64,000 nt of DNA. Origin: Lama guanicoe (Eukaryota). The translations under genes and the position numbers were made by a program. This document shows, piece by piece, positions 36,901 to 50,689 of this stretch (positions are counted from its first letter, which is position 1; each line of letters begins with the position of its first letter). Below the pieces are notes generated by a model. The model was not told the DNA's origin. It worked only from the letters and a program-made list of their open reading frames with translations, and did not search any database. The stretch lies in contig MU054323.1 of the NCBI GenBank assembly GCA_013239625.1, positions 14,636,029 to 14,700,028 on the forward strand. Direction: 5' to 3'.

Positions 36901-38699
36901 ATATGAAAGATGTTTTCGTAGATCATTATTGTTCACTTACTAACTTTGTGTAACATTAGCTAAATGTTATCTAAGATCTATTCTAACTATCAAACTCTAG
37001 AAAGTCTAAGATAATCACAACATATTGTTTAAAAAAGCCAACTTAACTTTAAAAGAAATCAGACAAAGTAGAGCAATTATTATTTTCTTCACAGCATTAT
37101 ACCATTAATACCCTTCATGAGTAACTAAATAATTCATTTTTTAGTATGAGAATTATTCAGGAGGAAATTCCTAAAATCTGCTTGTGGTGCATGCTGGCTG
37201 AAGAGATAATAAATTAATAGGAGACACAATAAAATTAAGATATTTATTGTGCCAGTAGCAAGACCCATTCTGGCTATGGATTTTTATATTGTGATCTTGT
37301 TAGGAAATCTTTTACTTCTTTTTCCAGTTACTATAAGGTTTTCTTAGAGAACATTTTCATTCTCCTTAAACCATATTTTGAAATGAACTGAAGACAAATA
37401 ACTATTCTGAAATGTGATATCCTAAAAAGAATAAAGTTCATTATTTTCACCCCAAAGACTACTGGAAGAGTGAACACAACTGGACAGAAAGAATGAGAGT
37501 AATTCACCTCTATTCCACTTATATTTGAAGCATCAGCAGTATGAAGGCTTTTGTTCTAGTCCCTTTGGAAGAGAGAGAGAGAGGGATACAGTATTAGGGT
37601 CACTTCCCTAGAAAGCAGATAATCACTCAAGAGAAGCAGGTAAGGGTTGAAACTACTGAAATATGAGACAGTATATGATAACAGAGATGCTCATGTAAGG
37701 AGGGAGAAAGGTGAGGTCATGTATCATGGAAAACCTAGTAGTGAACGTGGCATTCTGTCCAGATCTTAAAGGATGAGTAGGGTTTTGTCAGAGAAAACAA
37801 GGAGAGAAGAATTGGAAAGAGCTGGAGCAAAAAGAGTTGTGTGAGTGTCATGAGCTATTATTTATGAATGGATCATCAAGTAATTATTTTGAAATGAATA
37901 AATAAAGGTGGAATTATAACTTGACATAAGTCTAGAAAGGTAGGTTAGTAGAGGAAAGATTATTGATGGTATAAAGTCTAGTGTTCCCTTTTCTACTGAC
38001 TAGTGAAGATAAACGGATTATCACAGGTGGCATCTATGTTCCCTTCTAGTTTTCTCAGTGTTCTTCTGAAGTGTAGTAACTGGACTTTTTTTTCTGCACT
38101 TCCAAATTTTTCCCATTACCTGATTTTCTTGATATAAGAATTATTGCAAGGAGTTACAGGGAGATTAGGAACCATGGGACTGTTGTATTCGCCACACGAC
38201 AGTTATCTTGGTCTCAGAAATTTAGTGACTAGAATATGTTGGAATTCCAAGGATAACAGGAAAAATTTCTTATTGTTCTTCAGGGTGTATTAACAACTCT
38301 AATGACCTAGTTTTCTTTTGATCTTTTCAAAAGAGGGTGTATTTCCCTCTTGTTATCTTTTCCATGTGGACCTCACTTCAGTGTTTTCCTGGTTCCTTTT
38401 TTTTACCATCCAGTAGAGTAATTCACTATTGGGAGCTCTTACACCAAATCTCTTCTGGGTAGTTGATCTTTTTTATTAACAATGAACCCATGATTGCTTC
38501 TAGCTCTGGTTCCACAATCTATTGTGACCAGAAGAACATAGAAAAAGGTGAGAGAAATGTATACAAAAATAACTTCCTGTGACTGATTCCTTCAGAAAGA
38601 GGTGGTAGGCACAGCTGGCATACAGAATTTCAAAAATTGCTCTTACTGACACACAATTAAATATGGTCATTCCTGGAATGGAAGTCCAGGATATAAGTA

Positions 38700-39600
38700 A
38701 CAATTAGCCAATAGGAACATGAAAAAATGCTCAATACTGCTAATTATCAGAGAATTGCAAATCAAAACCACAATGTGTTATCACCTCACACCAGTCAGAA
38801 TGGCCATTATTCAAACGTCCACAAACGATAAATGCTGGAGAGGGTGTGGAGAAAAGGGAACAAGGGAACCCTCCTACATTGTCGGTGGGAATGCAGTTTG
38901 GTGGAGCCATTATGGAAAACAGTATGGAGATTCTTTAAAAAACTAAAAATGGACTCTCTGTATGATCCAGCAATCCCACTCCTGGGAATATATCTGGAGG
39001 AAACTCTAATTCAAAAAGATACATGCACCCCAATGTTCACAATATACAAAGAGCCAAGACATGGAAGCAACATAAATGTCCACTGACAGATGACTGGATA
39101 AAGAAGCTGTGGGGATACACACACACACACACACACACACATGCGCGCGCGCACAGTGGAAAACTATGCAGCCATAAAAAGAATAAGATAATGTCATTTG
39201 TAACAACATGAATGGAGTAAGCCAGAAAGAGAAAGAAAAATACTATATGGTATCACTTATATGTGGAATCTTAGAAAAAGACATAAATGAACTTATTTGC
39301 ATAACAGAAACAAATTCACAGACATAAACTTATGGTTACCAGGGGTGGGAAGGGCTAAACTGGGAGTTTGAAGTTTGCAAATAATAGCTACTATATTTAA
39401 AATAGACAAACAATGAGTTTCTACTGTATATCACAGGGAACTACATTCAATATCTAGTGGTAACCTAAAATGAAAAAGAATATGAAGAGGATTATGTGTG
39501 TGTATATGTATATGACTGAAAATTATGCTGTACACCAGAAATTGACACATTGTAAACTGACTATACTTCAATGGAAAAAATATCTTCACGGCGAAAAAAA
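38700..39600 (+). mobile_element. Lineage-specific (camelid-type) L1, 5'-truncated: ORF2 C-terminus plus 3' UTR
   Basis: Frameshifted ORF2 end [31 protein letters not shown]...[11 protein letters not shown] / [21 protein letters not shown]...[11 protein letters not shown]; 3' end gctgtacaccagaaattgacacattgtaaactgactatacttcaat plus A tail. Confidence 0.93.
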
Positions 39601-39760
39601 AGTCATATAATTAGCATCTGCCACAAAAACACATGCACTGAGGCCACAATGCTGATATTGTAAAATTAGAATAAAACTCAACTCTCATTTTCTTCTGCTT
39701 CATTGTTATCTTATGAGGAAAAAAACATTATGGCCACCTTAAATATTTTAACGTCATTTT

Positions 39761-40190
39761 AAGTGAAGTAAGCCAGAAAGAGAAAGAAAAATACCATATA
39801 GTATTACTCATATGTGGAACCTAAAGGAAAAAAAAGAAGAAAAAGAAAAAAGAGGACACTAATGAACTCATCTACAAAACAGACAGACTCACAGACATAG
39901 TAACAATCTTATGGTTATTGGGGAAAAGGAGGTGGGAAGGGATAAATTTGGGAGTTTGAGATTTGCAAAGGTTAATCACTACATATAAAAACAGATTTTA
40001 AAAAATTACTTCTGTATAGCACAGGGAACTGTGTTCAATATCTTATAATAATCTTTAATGAAAGAGAATATGAAAATGAATATATGTATGTATATGCATG
40101 ACTGGGACATTGTGCTGTACACCAGAAATTGACACACTGTAACTGACTGTACTTCAATTAAAATTTTTAAAAATTAATTAATTAATTAAA
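39761..40190 (+). mobile_element. Second camelid-type L1 3' UTR fragment
   Basis: aagtgaagtaagccagaaagagaaagaaaaatacc...gctgtacaccagaaattgacacactgtaactgactgtacttcaat plus an AT-rich tail. Confidence 0.92.
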
Positions 40191-40319
40191 TATTTAAAAG
40201 GTAAGAAAACCAAGTCAGTGCATGCTGTGGTTTGACAGTAATTATAAAAATATATCTAAGGAAAATATCTAATACCATTATGATAGCTAAATTCGTTTGA
40301 TCAGCAGTAGCCACCCCTC

Positions 40320-40322
<3 letters not shown>

Positions 40323-40350
<28 letters not shown>
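40323..40350. repeat. (AC)14 microsatellite
   Basis: Directly visible. Confidence 0.95.
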
Positions 40351-40351
<1 letters not shown>

Positions 40352-41489
40352 ACTCTATTCACCCTTCCCCTTCCCACACAACAAGATTATTAGTGCTGAT
40401 TTAAATTTAGAACATAATTTACTAACAAACAAAACTGAAAATTCTAGAAAAGTGTGTATGCAACATAAAAACTGATCTGCTTTTAAAAAAATAGTATTAA
40501 AATACACACTTAACTGATTTATTTCATTGATTTAGTTGAGTCTTAAAAATCTATGATCATCAAAACGTTGCTTCTATTTTCTCAGATTCCTGTAGATTGT
40601 TTCTAATCTGGAGGAACACATCAAAAAGATACGGAAAAGGCACATTTCAGAAAAATGGCACATAAAGCCCCTCTTTGCACAATTTCAGGTGATTTTTCAA
40701 AGAGACCTTAAGATGAGATGCCAGATTTTAGATTTGTATTTATCTATAACTTACTGGATACCTTTTTTCACATGTTTTAGGATTTCTGCTCCTCAACAAA
40801 GTATTGATCATAAACTAGCAAAAGCTAGTTAAAGAAGACTAAAATCATCACCTGGATAAATAAAATGTAAGAGCTAATAAAGGCAAGTTATCATTTTACA
40901 AGATTATATTTAGGTTTTGCTATGCCAAAAGAAAGGGTGGAATACCACAAGTCAAGAATGTCACAATCTGAGTAGTTTTTACCACCTTGATAAGTAGAAA
41001 ATGAAAATTTTGTCCTAGAGAAATGGATTTTCTGGCACTCTTTTTCTGCAGGGCAGTGTTACCACCAACTACAGTAGTCTAAGGTAATTGGTGATGTGTG
41101 CAGATAATTTTAGCGACACATAATTATCTCTTAATTCCTATAACATCTAAATTAGCTCATACTGCAATTAATTGTACCCTGTGGCCATCTAGTTACAAAA
41201 GACATCCCTTCTGCAAAATGAAACTGTTGATAAAAACTTTCATGTAGAAACTAGCAACCTCAGTGGGAGTCCCGTGAAGAGGGGAGAAGATGCTCAAACC
41301 CTTACCTGTGTGACATGACTCTGGGCAAATCACCTCTCATATCTAATCTTTGATTTTGTTAGCTGCCCTGTGTGAAAAATGGTACCTATCCCTTCCAGGC
41401 AGATTTAGTGAAATCTCACCCAGTTCTTCTCAAAGATGTGTAAAATGGTTGACATTTTCTTTGGGGATTAACACCATAGAAAGAAAGCA

Positions 41490-41652
41490 GTGTGTAGTTA
41501 TTTGATAAGGAACTGAGACAAAGGTATCTCATCCTAGTCTGCCCACTGGCTAGCTCTGGACTTTCATAACTTACTTTTCTCTTTTTCATCTATAAAATGA
41601 AATCATTTGACCAGATGTTCCTTGAAATCTCACCTATCTCTAAAATTATGAC
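41490..41652 (+). mobile_element. MIR/MIR3 SINE
   Basis: tcctagtctgcccactggctagct...ttcatctataaaatg...gaccagatg...ctctaaaattatga. Confidence 0.6.
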
Positions 41653-42589
41653 TTCAAATAAGTTAGTAATCTGATTTCTAAATACTTAAAACATCTAATG
41701 ATCTCCTTGCTCCTGAAATTCTTCAGGTATCAGAAATATATTTTTTGATACATACAAAGCTAGGAAAACAATTCATAGTCCAATGTTTGAAATAACTATG
41801 TTATTCTAATAATCAAATGAAGAAATAAACCTCATTTGTGAGTAGAGTGAGGATGTGCTGCAGGAATTAAAAAAAAAAAAAACAGGCTGACTTTATGCTT
41901 ACAAATTGAGAGTTCTGGACGTGGCTGAAAATGTAATGATCCTGAACTCAGTCGGCATCATCCACAAAGCTATTAATCTTAAAATGTTCCAAAACATGCT
42001 GGTTTTATTTGCTCTCTTAAAAGAAAAAAAAATGCATTTAAAAATCACTCACCTTATAACTGATAAAAAGACCTGAGGGGCCACAGAGTTTTCAGTGTGC
42101 CCCAAGGTGCTTTTCATGATAAGGCTGAACAGGAATGTGCTTTAGGAGACTATACTTATATTAGGTCTTATGGGTGAGTGCACTGTGTCACTATGATTTA
42201 TAGTAACTCTCTTCCTGGGAGGGACATGGGTCTTCTGAGGAACTGCAGTCTTATTTTGGAGAATCAGTTTGGGGTTGCTAATTGGAAATTGTCAAAATGT
42301 GTTGTTGCAGTCCCATGAGAACTTACCAGGATTGCTTTACCAAACCAGCAGTAAATAGGATAACACCTCTGATTCATGCATAACTGCTCATAATTTTCCA
42401 ACTGGGTTTTAACTTGACCGAGAATAGTTTGACTAAGAGTGATGTTCCTGGTCAAAGTATTCATAAGGATAATTACAGATGGTTGAATAAATCCACTATA
42501 AAAATATCAGATGGTATTAAATCTGAGACAACTCATTCATCAAGTATTTGAAAAACTTACTAAATCTCTGAACAACTTATACCCTAGTA

Positions 42590-42810
42590 CAAGGGTCTGT
42601 AAAGGACCAGGATAAAATAAATCTTTTTTTCTTTTTTTTGGTTTTCTGGATTATATGTTTCTGTCACAACTGTTCAATTCTGTTATTGTTGACCTGAAAC
42701 AAGCATAGATAATATGTAAACAATCGGGTGTGGTTTTGTTACAATAAAATATTTTTATTTTGAAAAATAGGCAGTAGGCCAGAGTGGGCTCATGGGCTGT
42801 AGTTTGCTCT
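42590..42810. mobile_element. MER58A-like hAT-Charlie MITE
   Basis: tctgtaaaggacca...tctgtcacaactgttcaattctg...catagataatatgtaaac...gggtgtggttttgttacaataaaa...catgggctgtagtttgc. Confidence 0.8.
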
Positions 42811-45800
42811 AGTGGTTTGCCTTATTCTAAATACTAAGAGTCACACATAATTTGCATATGAATCAAATAAAGAAGAAAAGGTAAGCCAAGCACTGAAATT
42901 AAGAAGATGATTGATAGAAACGAGATGTTACAGAAATTCAGAAGAGCAAGATTTCTGTGGGTGGAAGAGATTCCTGAGGCGATATAATTTTCCGAAAATG
43001 ATGCAGACTGTGAATACAACTTTTGTTTCTTTAAAATCCCTTTACTTGATTTCATGATGAGTAGATTGCCCATGATCCTGTTAGTTTCCTTCATTACTTT
43101 TTATTTTTGCTACATTACACTGTAGGATAATTTATATGTGGTCTGGAATGGGAGTGACTATTTGATGGCTATATTAGATAGTTCTCTGTATTAGGATCAC
43201 TTATGAAATCATAAAAAAAGAATTTACATAAAATTCTTTTCATAGATCTATCATAAACTAAATTGACAAGCCATTATCCTCAAAAACTGGCAAATTAAAC
43301 AGTACAATTTAGGAGATAGGGATGAATAGATTCCTAATCCGTTTATTTATTGCTTTCAGCTCTGGGAAGGATTTCATCACAGTCTGTCTCAACACACAGG
43401 TATGATTCACAGCTGAATGAAAGCAACTATCATGTTGTGGAAAAGAATACCTTTCTCAGCAATTGGGTCACTTGCATCAAGTATTTGTCTGCCTACTAAG
43501 CCCAGATATGTTATCAACCACATTAAAATCATACTTCAGTCTCAAAATAATAGGCTAAAACTCTTCATGAAATCAATTATATTACTGAACTATTCCACTG
43601 GAGCAATGTATTAGAAATAATATAAATACTCTTTGCTGGCACTGTTTGTGTCTTAAAGAAAATTTTATCACACCCATCATTTATAATGCATTTTGGTGTT
43701 TTGCCTGCTTGTTGTGGCTTACTTTGCTTTGGAAAAGCAAAATCTCCAAAGAGTACACTGAAAATGGTGACTGCTCGATGGCTCTGATTTGATGGTATTT
43801 ACAATTTGCAGTATTTTCTTTAATACAGAACCAACATAAAACAGCATTTTGTTATCATCCAACTGTTTTCTGTGATTAAAGCAGTGGGTGCACAGGCACT
43901 CAGGTGCAAACCTTTATCATGTCACAGCATCCTTCTTTGCATCACTGCTCCATCAGCCTTGATTCCAATAAAACTGTGTACAGCTACATAAAAGCTTACA
44001 AATAATATATATTCACCATATTATGTGCCAAGAAACTACACTGCAGTTTTAGCAAAACATAAATTTAAATATCTGCAATTCTGCACAAAAGATAGTACTT
44101 GGATTTCCTACTTAAAGCACTTAACATTTGATGGTCAAAAGTGTTATCTGATTAAGGATTGTGACAGTAGTTCATTTTGTTTCTCTGTAAGGACAGTAAC
44201 CTTGTTGGTTATTTCATAAACTACTGTGCAAGCTATTGATTAATTTTTGTCATAAGGAAAACAACTTCAAATGATGCCTTCATAGATCTGTTATCTTCTC
44301 TACCATTAGTGACTGTATCTATCAAGATCATTCTGAACAGCATTATTCTGTACTTGTTTAGGAAAATCTATTGACACTACAGGGATGTTCCTATGCTTTA
44401 TTTGAAAATGTCAGGAAAATAATCTATGGCTTTGAGACACTGACCAAATTTTTAACAGACAAGACAGTAGTGACTAGGGGCACAGCTGTTGCCTTTACCC
44501 CCGAAAAATCTAGTTTTCATGTGTCTATAGTGTGCTTTTCACTCACTTCTTGTCTTGGACATCTGTATAAAGCCACCCCACTTGCAGATTGACTTTTTTG
44601 AACACAGAGAGATTCATGTTCTCTTTTTGGATTAATAGAATCTGTGAGCTTTCATTATACTTACTGTTATTTTTGTCCTTTAATGTATTTTTTGAGCTAC
44701 TAGCCCTCTTATTCCAATTTAGGATACCAAGCAACAAAAACAATGAAAGTGCTAATTTAGGAAATGAAAACAATGGTACTCAAAAGATAGGAAAATTCTT
44801 TGGTTGAGACAAGGAGAAAACTCTAAACTGAAAGTTATGTAAAAGAAACTGCTCCAAGCAGTCCTTGATAAAACAGCTGCCATTTTTAAGTTTATGATGG
44901 CATTTTAGGGGAAAACCTGAATCTTCCATGTAATCAAACTTGTGAAACAATTGTGAACAAATCACTTCATCATTTTTTCCTCCAAAATGACCAAGCTGTT
45001 TATAGACCTCTTACAAAAATATGTATTTATTCATTATTTATTTTATGCATTCTTACTTATTATCTTTGTATATAATGTATTTAATTTAGTTTATGTTTTA
45101 TTATATGTAAACATATTTATTTTATAATACATAAAGTATTCTATATAAATATAAAATATTGAAAGTCCACCAGTAGCCCACAGAACACACTGTGGAAATC
45201 CTTGCTTTACGGCCAACATCAAACCCCAACACCTAAAAGATTTCAGCAGCTCAAACTGCTCCTCTGTCTCTTGCCTGTAGCAAAACTTCCACTCTCTCAG
45301 CTAGTCAGGTGGAAGGCAGATGGAAGTCTTTAATATCCACTCTTATAGGCTCCCAAAGGAGAAAAGGAGAGAAAAAGAAAACCCGTATATTGATTAAACA
45401 CATAACCTGAGCCAGATGGAAATGCACAAGGCCTGGAGGCAAAAGGTTAACACAGCAAGGAAACATTAAGTCTACTTTTCTACCCTGTGTCTGCTCTCCT
45501 TGCAACTTCCCATTGCCCTCTGGAGGCACTTTCATTTTAGTTGGGCAGGGCTTTGGGAGAGAAAGGGAAGGCTGGAATAGTAAATAACAAGGCTCACGTT
45601 TCTCCCTGGGTGGCACTCACTGTTTCCTCTTATAATTTGGGCAACTGTACACTGAGCATTAACCACAGAACTTCTAACAAAAAATTTAGCAAAAATGTAG
45701 TAAGTGGTGAGGATCAGTCCTTATCTCAACAGCTGAAAACACTTTGCCTGCCCGTGGTGTGAAAGAGCTGGGGGTCCTGTCCATGCATACTGAGAAGGCA

Positions 45801-46489
45801 GGTTATTACCACCCATGCTGGCTTTGATAATCAAGGTAAGTTTAATGAAATGATTTTACTCAGTTATAATTTCTCCAAACAATGCATAATATATAGAAGT
45901 CTATATTTTGCCAAGAGAATCCCTTAAATTGACAAATTGCAACAAATTCTAAGATGCATGATTTGTATTTGTCCTTTCACTGTGAATACCCAGGATTAAA
46001 TTTCAATATTTTTTTATAGAGGCCTTACTGTGCTTCCAACAATAAAAAGGCCAAGATATTTAATTCTAATTCTAAACCAAAAAAATGAACAAGGCAGTTT
46101 GTTTATTTTGAAAAGTATTTTGTTTTAAAGGAACTTCAAATAATAAAATTAGTAATGTATCTGAACAGCCTATCTAGTTCATGTTATGTTATTAAGTTTG
46201 CAGACAGATGATTGGTCTAAATTGATGATTAGTTCTAAACTGGATGATGGATGTTCTTTTATAACATAAAAAGTCCTTGACTCTCAAGTAGTATCTGTAT
46301 GTGTAAGAAATACACCTTCCAATAGTTTAAAATCATGACTACAGGGTTGAACATGTCCTTCCTTGTGCATTCTTAACACCCTATATTAAAATTCTATCTA
46401 TAACAGACAGATAAAATGTTACCTTTTCATGACTATTTATCTATAACTGCGTATCTACCTGCAAACAGTGAAATTTTCAATTTCCATAA

Positions 46490-46725
46490 TATTCATCATT
46501 ATTTAACCAGTGCTTATTCTGTTCCAGGTACCATGCTAAGCATTTACAAGCATTTACATGGGTCATTCCAAATTCCTAAACAGCCTGGTAAAGTGGTCAC
46601 CATTAGTATCCCACAGGAAAAGATACTGAGTCAGAGAACGGAAAAATAAGTTGTCCAACCTTACACAGAAAATAAGCGTCTAAGACTGTTCTTTAAATCA
46701 GTGTTTGTCTGACTTCAAAGTATGC
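46490..46725 (-). mobile_element. MIR SINE
   Basis: gtgcttattctgttccaggtaccatgctaagc...atactgagtcagaga...gtctgacttcaaag. Confidence 0.65.
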
Positions 46726-46864
46726 CAGGCTGTGTCACACATCCTGACATGTGCCATGGGGCACTGGTATTGTGGTACTGTTTGTACATGTATTTTATCT
46801 CCCCTATTAGACTGAGAAGTCCTAGAAAGCTCTAAACAAGTTTTCTTTGTATCCTTCAGAAATA

Positions 46865-47005
46865 TTCATATGAATTACCTAGCGATCTTGTTAAAATGCA
46901 GATTCTTATACAGTAAGACTGAAGTTGGTCCTGATCATCTGCATTTCTAACAAGCTCCTGGATGATACAGATGCTTCTTATCCCTGGGAAACATGCTGAG
47001 CTGCA
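46865..47005. mobile_element. MER5A1-like hAT-Charlie MITE
   Basis: gaattacctagcgatcttgttaaaatgcagattct...tctgcatttctaacaagctcc. Confidence 0.8.
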
Positions 47006-47727
47006 AAGTCTTACAGACTTAGTAACACAGATTTTCACATAACTATTCACCTCATAAATGTATTTGAATGCAAGAATGTACAGATTCATGAATGAACAAA
47101 TAGCTTTCTCAAAGCTAACTAGGTAAATTCCCAACACGCTAGTAACTAATGTTTCTATGGGCAACTGACTACAAATACTTCTCATCTTGGTAAAGGTGGG
47201 AAGTCATCAGAATATTCCCTCTGCACATTCGTAAAATGCCTTGGCATCTTCTGGGGCAGGCTCCCTGCCAAATGTAAATACACTTCTCCAGTGTACCCTT
47301 CTGGGTTTCGGTGACAAAATCTTGTGGCTGTAACATTATCCTCCTTTGTGCTCACCATGATCAACTCCTGCATTTTTCCTAGACAAACTTCCTCTAGTAA
47401 ATACTTCCCAAACCTTCCTCTGATCACATAACTGTCATTCAATTTGCCAGGCACATACTTGCATCAATTCTATATTTGTTTTTAAATAAACATTTATTAA
47501 GTAGCTATTATGTGCCAGACTTTATACCAGGTATTTGTCTCTATGTCAATAGAAAATTTCATTGATTTTATCTGATTATTGGTATTCTTATTTGGATTTT
47601 AAGCCTACTGAAGACAAAGACTATGACCCTATTATCTTTGTAACCCTCATACTAATAAGTGCATTGGACACAAAAATTCACACTTGCTAAACAAAGAATA
47701 AGTTAATTCTTCAAAATGTGGTTATCT

Positions 47728-48777
47728 CAAATATCATCTACCAAACATTTTGAGAAAAGTCATTCTCAAACTATTCCAAAAAACTGCAGAGGAAGGAATC
47801 CTTCTGAACTCATTCTATGAAGCCAGCATCATCCTGATACCAAAACCAGACAAACACATCACAAAGAAAGAAAATTTACAGGCCAGTATCACTGATGAAC
47901 ACAGATGTAAAAATCCTCAACAGAATATTAGCAAACTGAATTTAAAAGTACATTACAAGCTCATAGAAAATTTTCAAGTGAGATTTAATCCAGGGATACA
48001 AGTATGGATCAATATCCACAATGTAATCAATGCAATACCACATTAACTAATTAACGGATAAAAATTATATAATCATTTCAATAGATGCAGAAAAGCTTTT
48101 AACAAAATTCAACAACCATTTATGGTAAAAATTCTCAACGAAGTGGATATAGAGGGAACATACCTCAACATAATAAAGGACATATATGACAAGCTTAGTT
48201 AACATCACATTCAACAGTGAAAAGTTGAAAGCATTTCCCCTAGGATCAGGAACAAGACAAGGATGCCCACTCTTACTAATGTTATTCAACATAGCATTGG
48301 AAGTCCTAACCCAATGACAAGAAAAAGAAATCAGACAAGAAAAAGAAATGAAAAGAATTCAAACTGGAAAGGAAGAAGTAAGATGTTTGCAGATGACCTA
48401 ATACAATACATAGAAAATCCCAAAGACTCAACCAAAAACCTACAACCATCAATAAATTTGGTAAAGTTGCAGGATACAAAATTAATACATGGAAATCTGT
48501 TTCATTTCTATAGAACAACAGTGAACTATCAGAAGGATAACTATAAGCAAACAATCCCACTTACAACAGCATCAAAAAGAATGAAATATCTAGGAATAAA
48601 TCTAAGGAGGTTAAAGACCTGTGCTTGAAAACCATAAGACACTGATTAATTGAAAACAACACAAACAGATGGAAAGATACACTGTGTTCATGGATTGAAA
48701 AATTAATATTGTTAAAATGACCATACTACCTAAAGCAATCTACAGATTCAATGCAATCCCTAACACAATACCAATGA
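47728..48777 (+). mobile_element. L1 ORF2 internal fragment (reverse transcriptase region), frameshifted
   Basis: Translations ILKLFQKTAEEGILLNSFYEASIILIPKPDK and MFADDLIQYIENPKDS (L1 RT catalytic FADD motif); several frameshifts; no 3' UTR follows. Confidence 0.93.
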
Positions 48778-49384
48778 TTAATCGAGGGCCTGAAGAACAT
48801 GTGGACATTTTGAGGGGATCAGCAATAGATTAAAAAAGAAAGTTACACTAAGGAGTTGTGACCTGGCTTAAATCAAGCTTTATTTTATTTTCTGGTTTAA
48901 GGCAAGACTGGAGCTGGATTAGTGAACACCTTAGTCTCTTCACTCCATCCCCACACAGTAATCTTAGACTTAATATGTTTTGTATTACAGTAGCAAGAAC
49001 TGTAGAAATAGTAACCCTTCAATGCAGTTGCAATAACAGAATTTTCCTAAACCACTCAGTCCATGTCTGGGTTGGGGGAGTGATTGCAAATGAGAGACAA
49101 TGCCAGGCTTGTCAACTCCACCAATGATGAGAAAAAAGCAAACCAAAAAGGCTTTGAAGATTTGTGATACTGCAAAATAGGAATCTAAAGAGGGATCCCA
49201 AACAGCACTCCATGTGGCAGTAGGTATTTGTAATTTCTTTCAGGTACAATAAAATGACAGTTCCTATTCTTATACATTACCAGAGCTCTTGCTCCTTAGG
49301 AGTGCAGTGTGTTTGAGGTTGGGGACAGGGGGGCTGGTAATGTGGTGGCGTGGTGGTTAATTTCTTTTAGAGTTTACAATATTT

Positions 49385-49525
49385 CCATAAGGTAGTCATT
49401 TTTCAGTTGAGGAAACTTAAGCAGAGTGATTAATGAGTCATCCTAGTCAATGGAGTAAATTATTAGCAAAATCAGCAGCAGAACTGGGATCTGAAGACTC
49501 CAAGGTCAGCCCTTTTTGCACCGTA
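49385..49525 (-). mobile_element. MIR SINE
   Basis: catttttcagttgaggaaactt core and gactccaaggtcagccct. Confidence 0.55.
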
Positions 49526-49764
49526 TCATCCCACTTTAATTATGATTACAATCACAACTATGAAATTTCATATGAGTGAAACAGAACAGTTTTCTAATAA
49601 AGAAAGGCAGCGGATATGAAAAGTATTGTTTCTATTCCATGGCTTTTTTAAAGGCCTTGAATATGTCTTAATCTATTGAGGAATCAGAGTTTCTCCAGAA
49701 GGGCAATGAAGAGACGCTAATGAAATTATTTTCACCTTGGTTGAACATTTATAGAGATATGCTA

Positions 49765-50200
49765 TTAAGAGGCCTTTGTCTGCAAATAATAAAGTGCCCA
49801 ACCAACAGTGGCTTACAAAGCTAGATAACTTATTATTTCAAATAATTCTCCTGGAAGCAAATGGCAGTCCCAGAGTTAGTTTCAGCAACTCAGAAGTGTA
49901 ATCAATGACACACATGTTTCTATTGTAACATCAGCAACCCTACACATGGTCATGATTCCTCTCTAACTGTCACAGACTATTGCTCCATGAGACATGTGAA
50001 ACAGGGCCACAGCCAGTGAAGATGAAAAGCATCATTCCAATTGTCTTTTTGGGGAAAAGCTTTTTTTCCAGAAAATGACAAGTGAACTTTTTCTCTGATC
50101 CCATTTTTCAGAATTAGATCAGCATAAAAGAGGCCATAAAAAAAATCTGGAATTTGGGGCTCTACAGAGGTAGATAAGATCTAGCAGAAAATAAGGTACT
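49765..50200 (-). mobile_element. Old MaLR LTR (MLT1J/K-like)
   Basis: tctgcaaataataaagtgcccaaccaacagtggcttacaa...cagcaactcagaagtgtaatcaatgac. Confidence 0.5.
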
Positions 50201-50689
50201 GGATTAGTTGGGCCTGACCCAATGGAAGACCAAATTTTTTAAAACATCTACCATTATTCATCTTGAGGGCTACCAAAACCCAAATATTGTCATTGGTAAT
50301 GGTGTTTAGAAGATATCTTATACTCACCAACTTAATTACAGACTTTTAATGTTTAACTATTACATTTACTTTTAGTATAGTATTTGTAACTTTTTATAGG
50401 AACCCAGTAGTCTATGGGAAATGAGTCAGTTTCAAATGAATCAATTAACAGACAACTGGTAGGTAGGTCATATATATATATATACATATATAAAAATCAT
50501 ATTTATATATATAAGATATGCATATGTTTTGATCTTAAACTTTATGTAGCTAATGCTCTGTAACTTGGTTTCTGTAAAAATCAAACATACACTATTCAAA
50601 AAATAAAATAAAATATTCATTTTTCTCCTTAAATAAGAGAAATTGAAACTGATTTTACTCCATGTTACCTATGATTAAAGGCATAAGTT

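Noticed and set aside
42045..42085. Possible 20-nt minus-strand microexon (cctcag / AAG-GTGAGT)
   Set aside because: Weak polypyrimidine tract, length not a multiple of three, and no supporting gene context.
45733..45841. Possible plus-strand exon (ctcaacag acceptor to AAG/GTAAGT donor)
   Set aside because: All three frames contain stops and no partner exons were found. Perfect donor words occur by chance in 64 kb, although a non-coding exon cannot be excluded.
47728..48777. Functional or domesticated reverse transcriptase
   Set aside because: Multiple frameshifts and stops; an ordinary L1 ORF2 relic.
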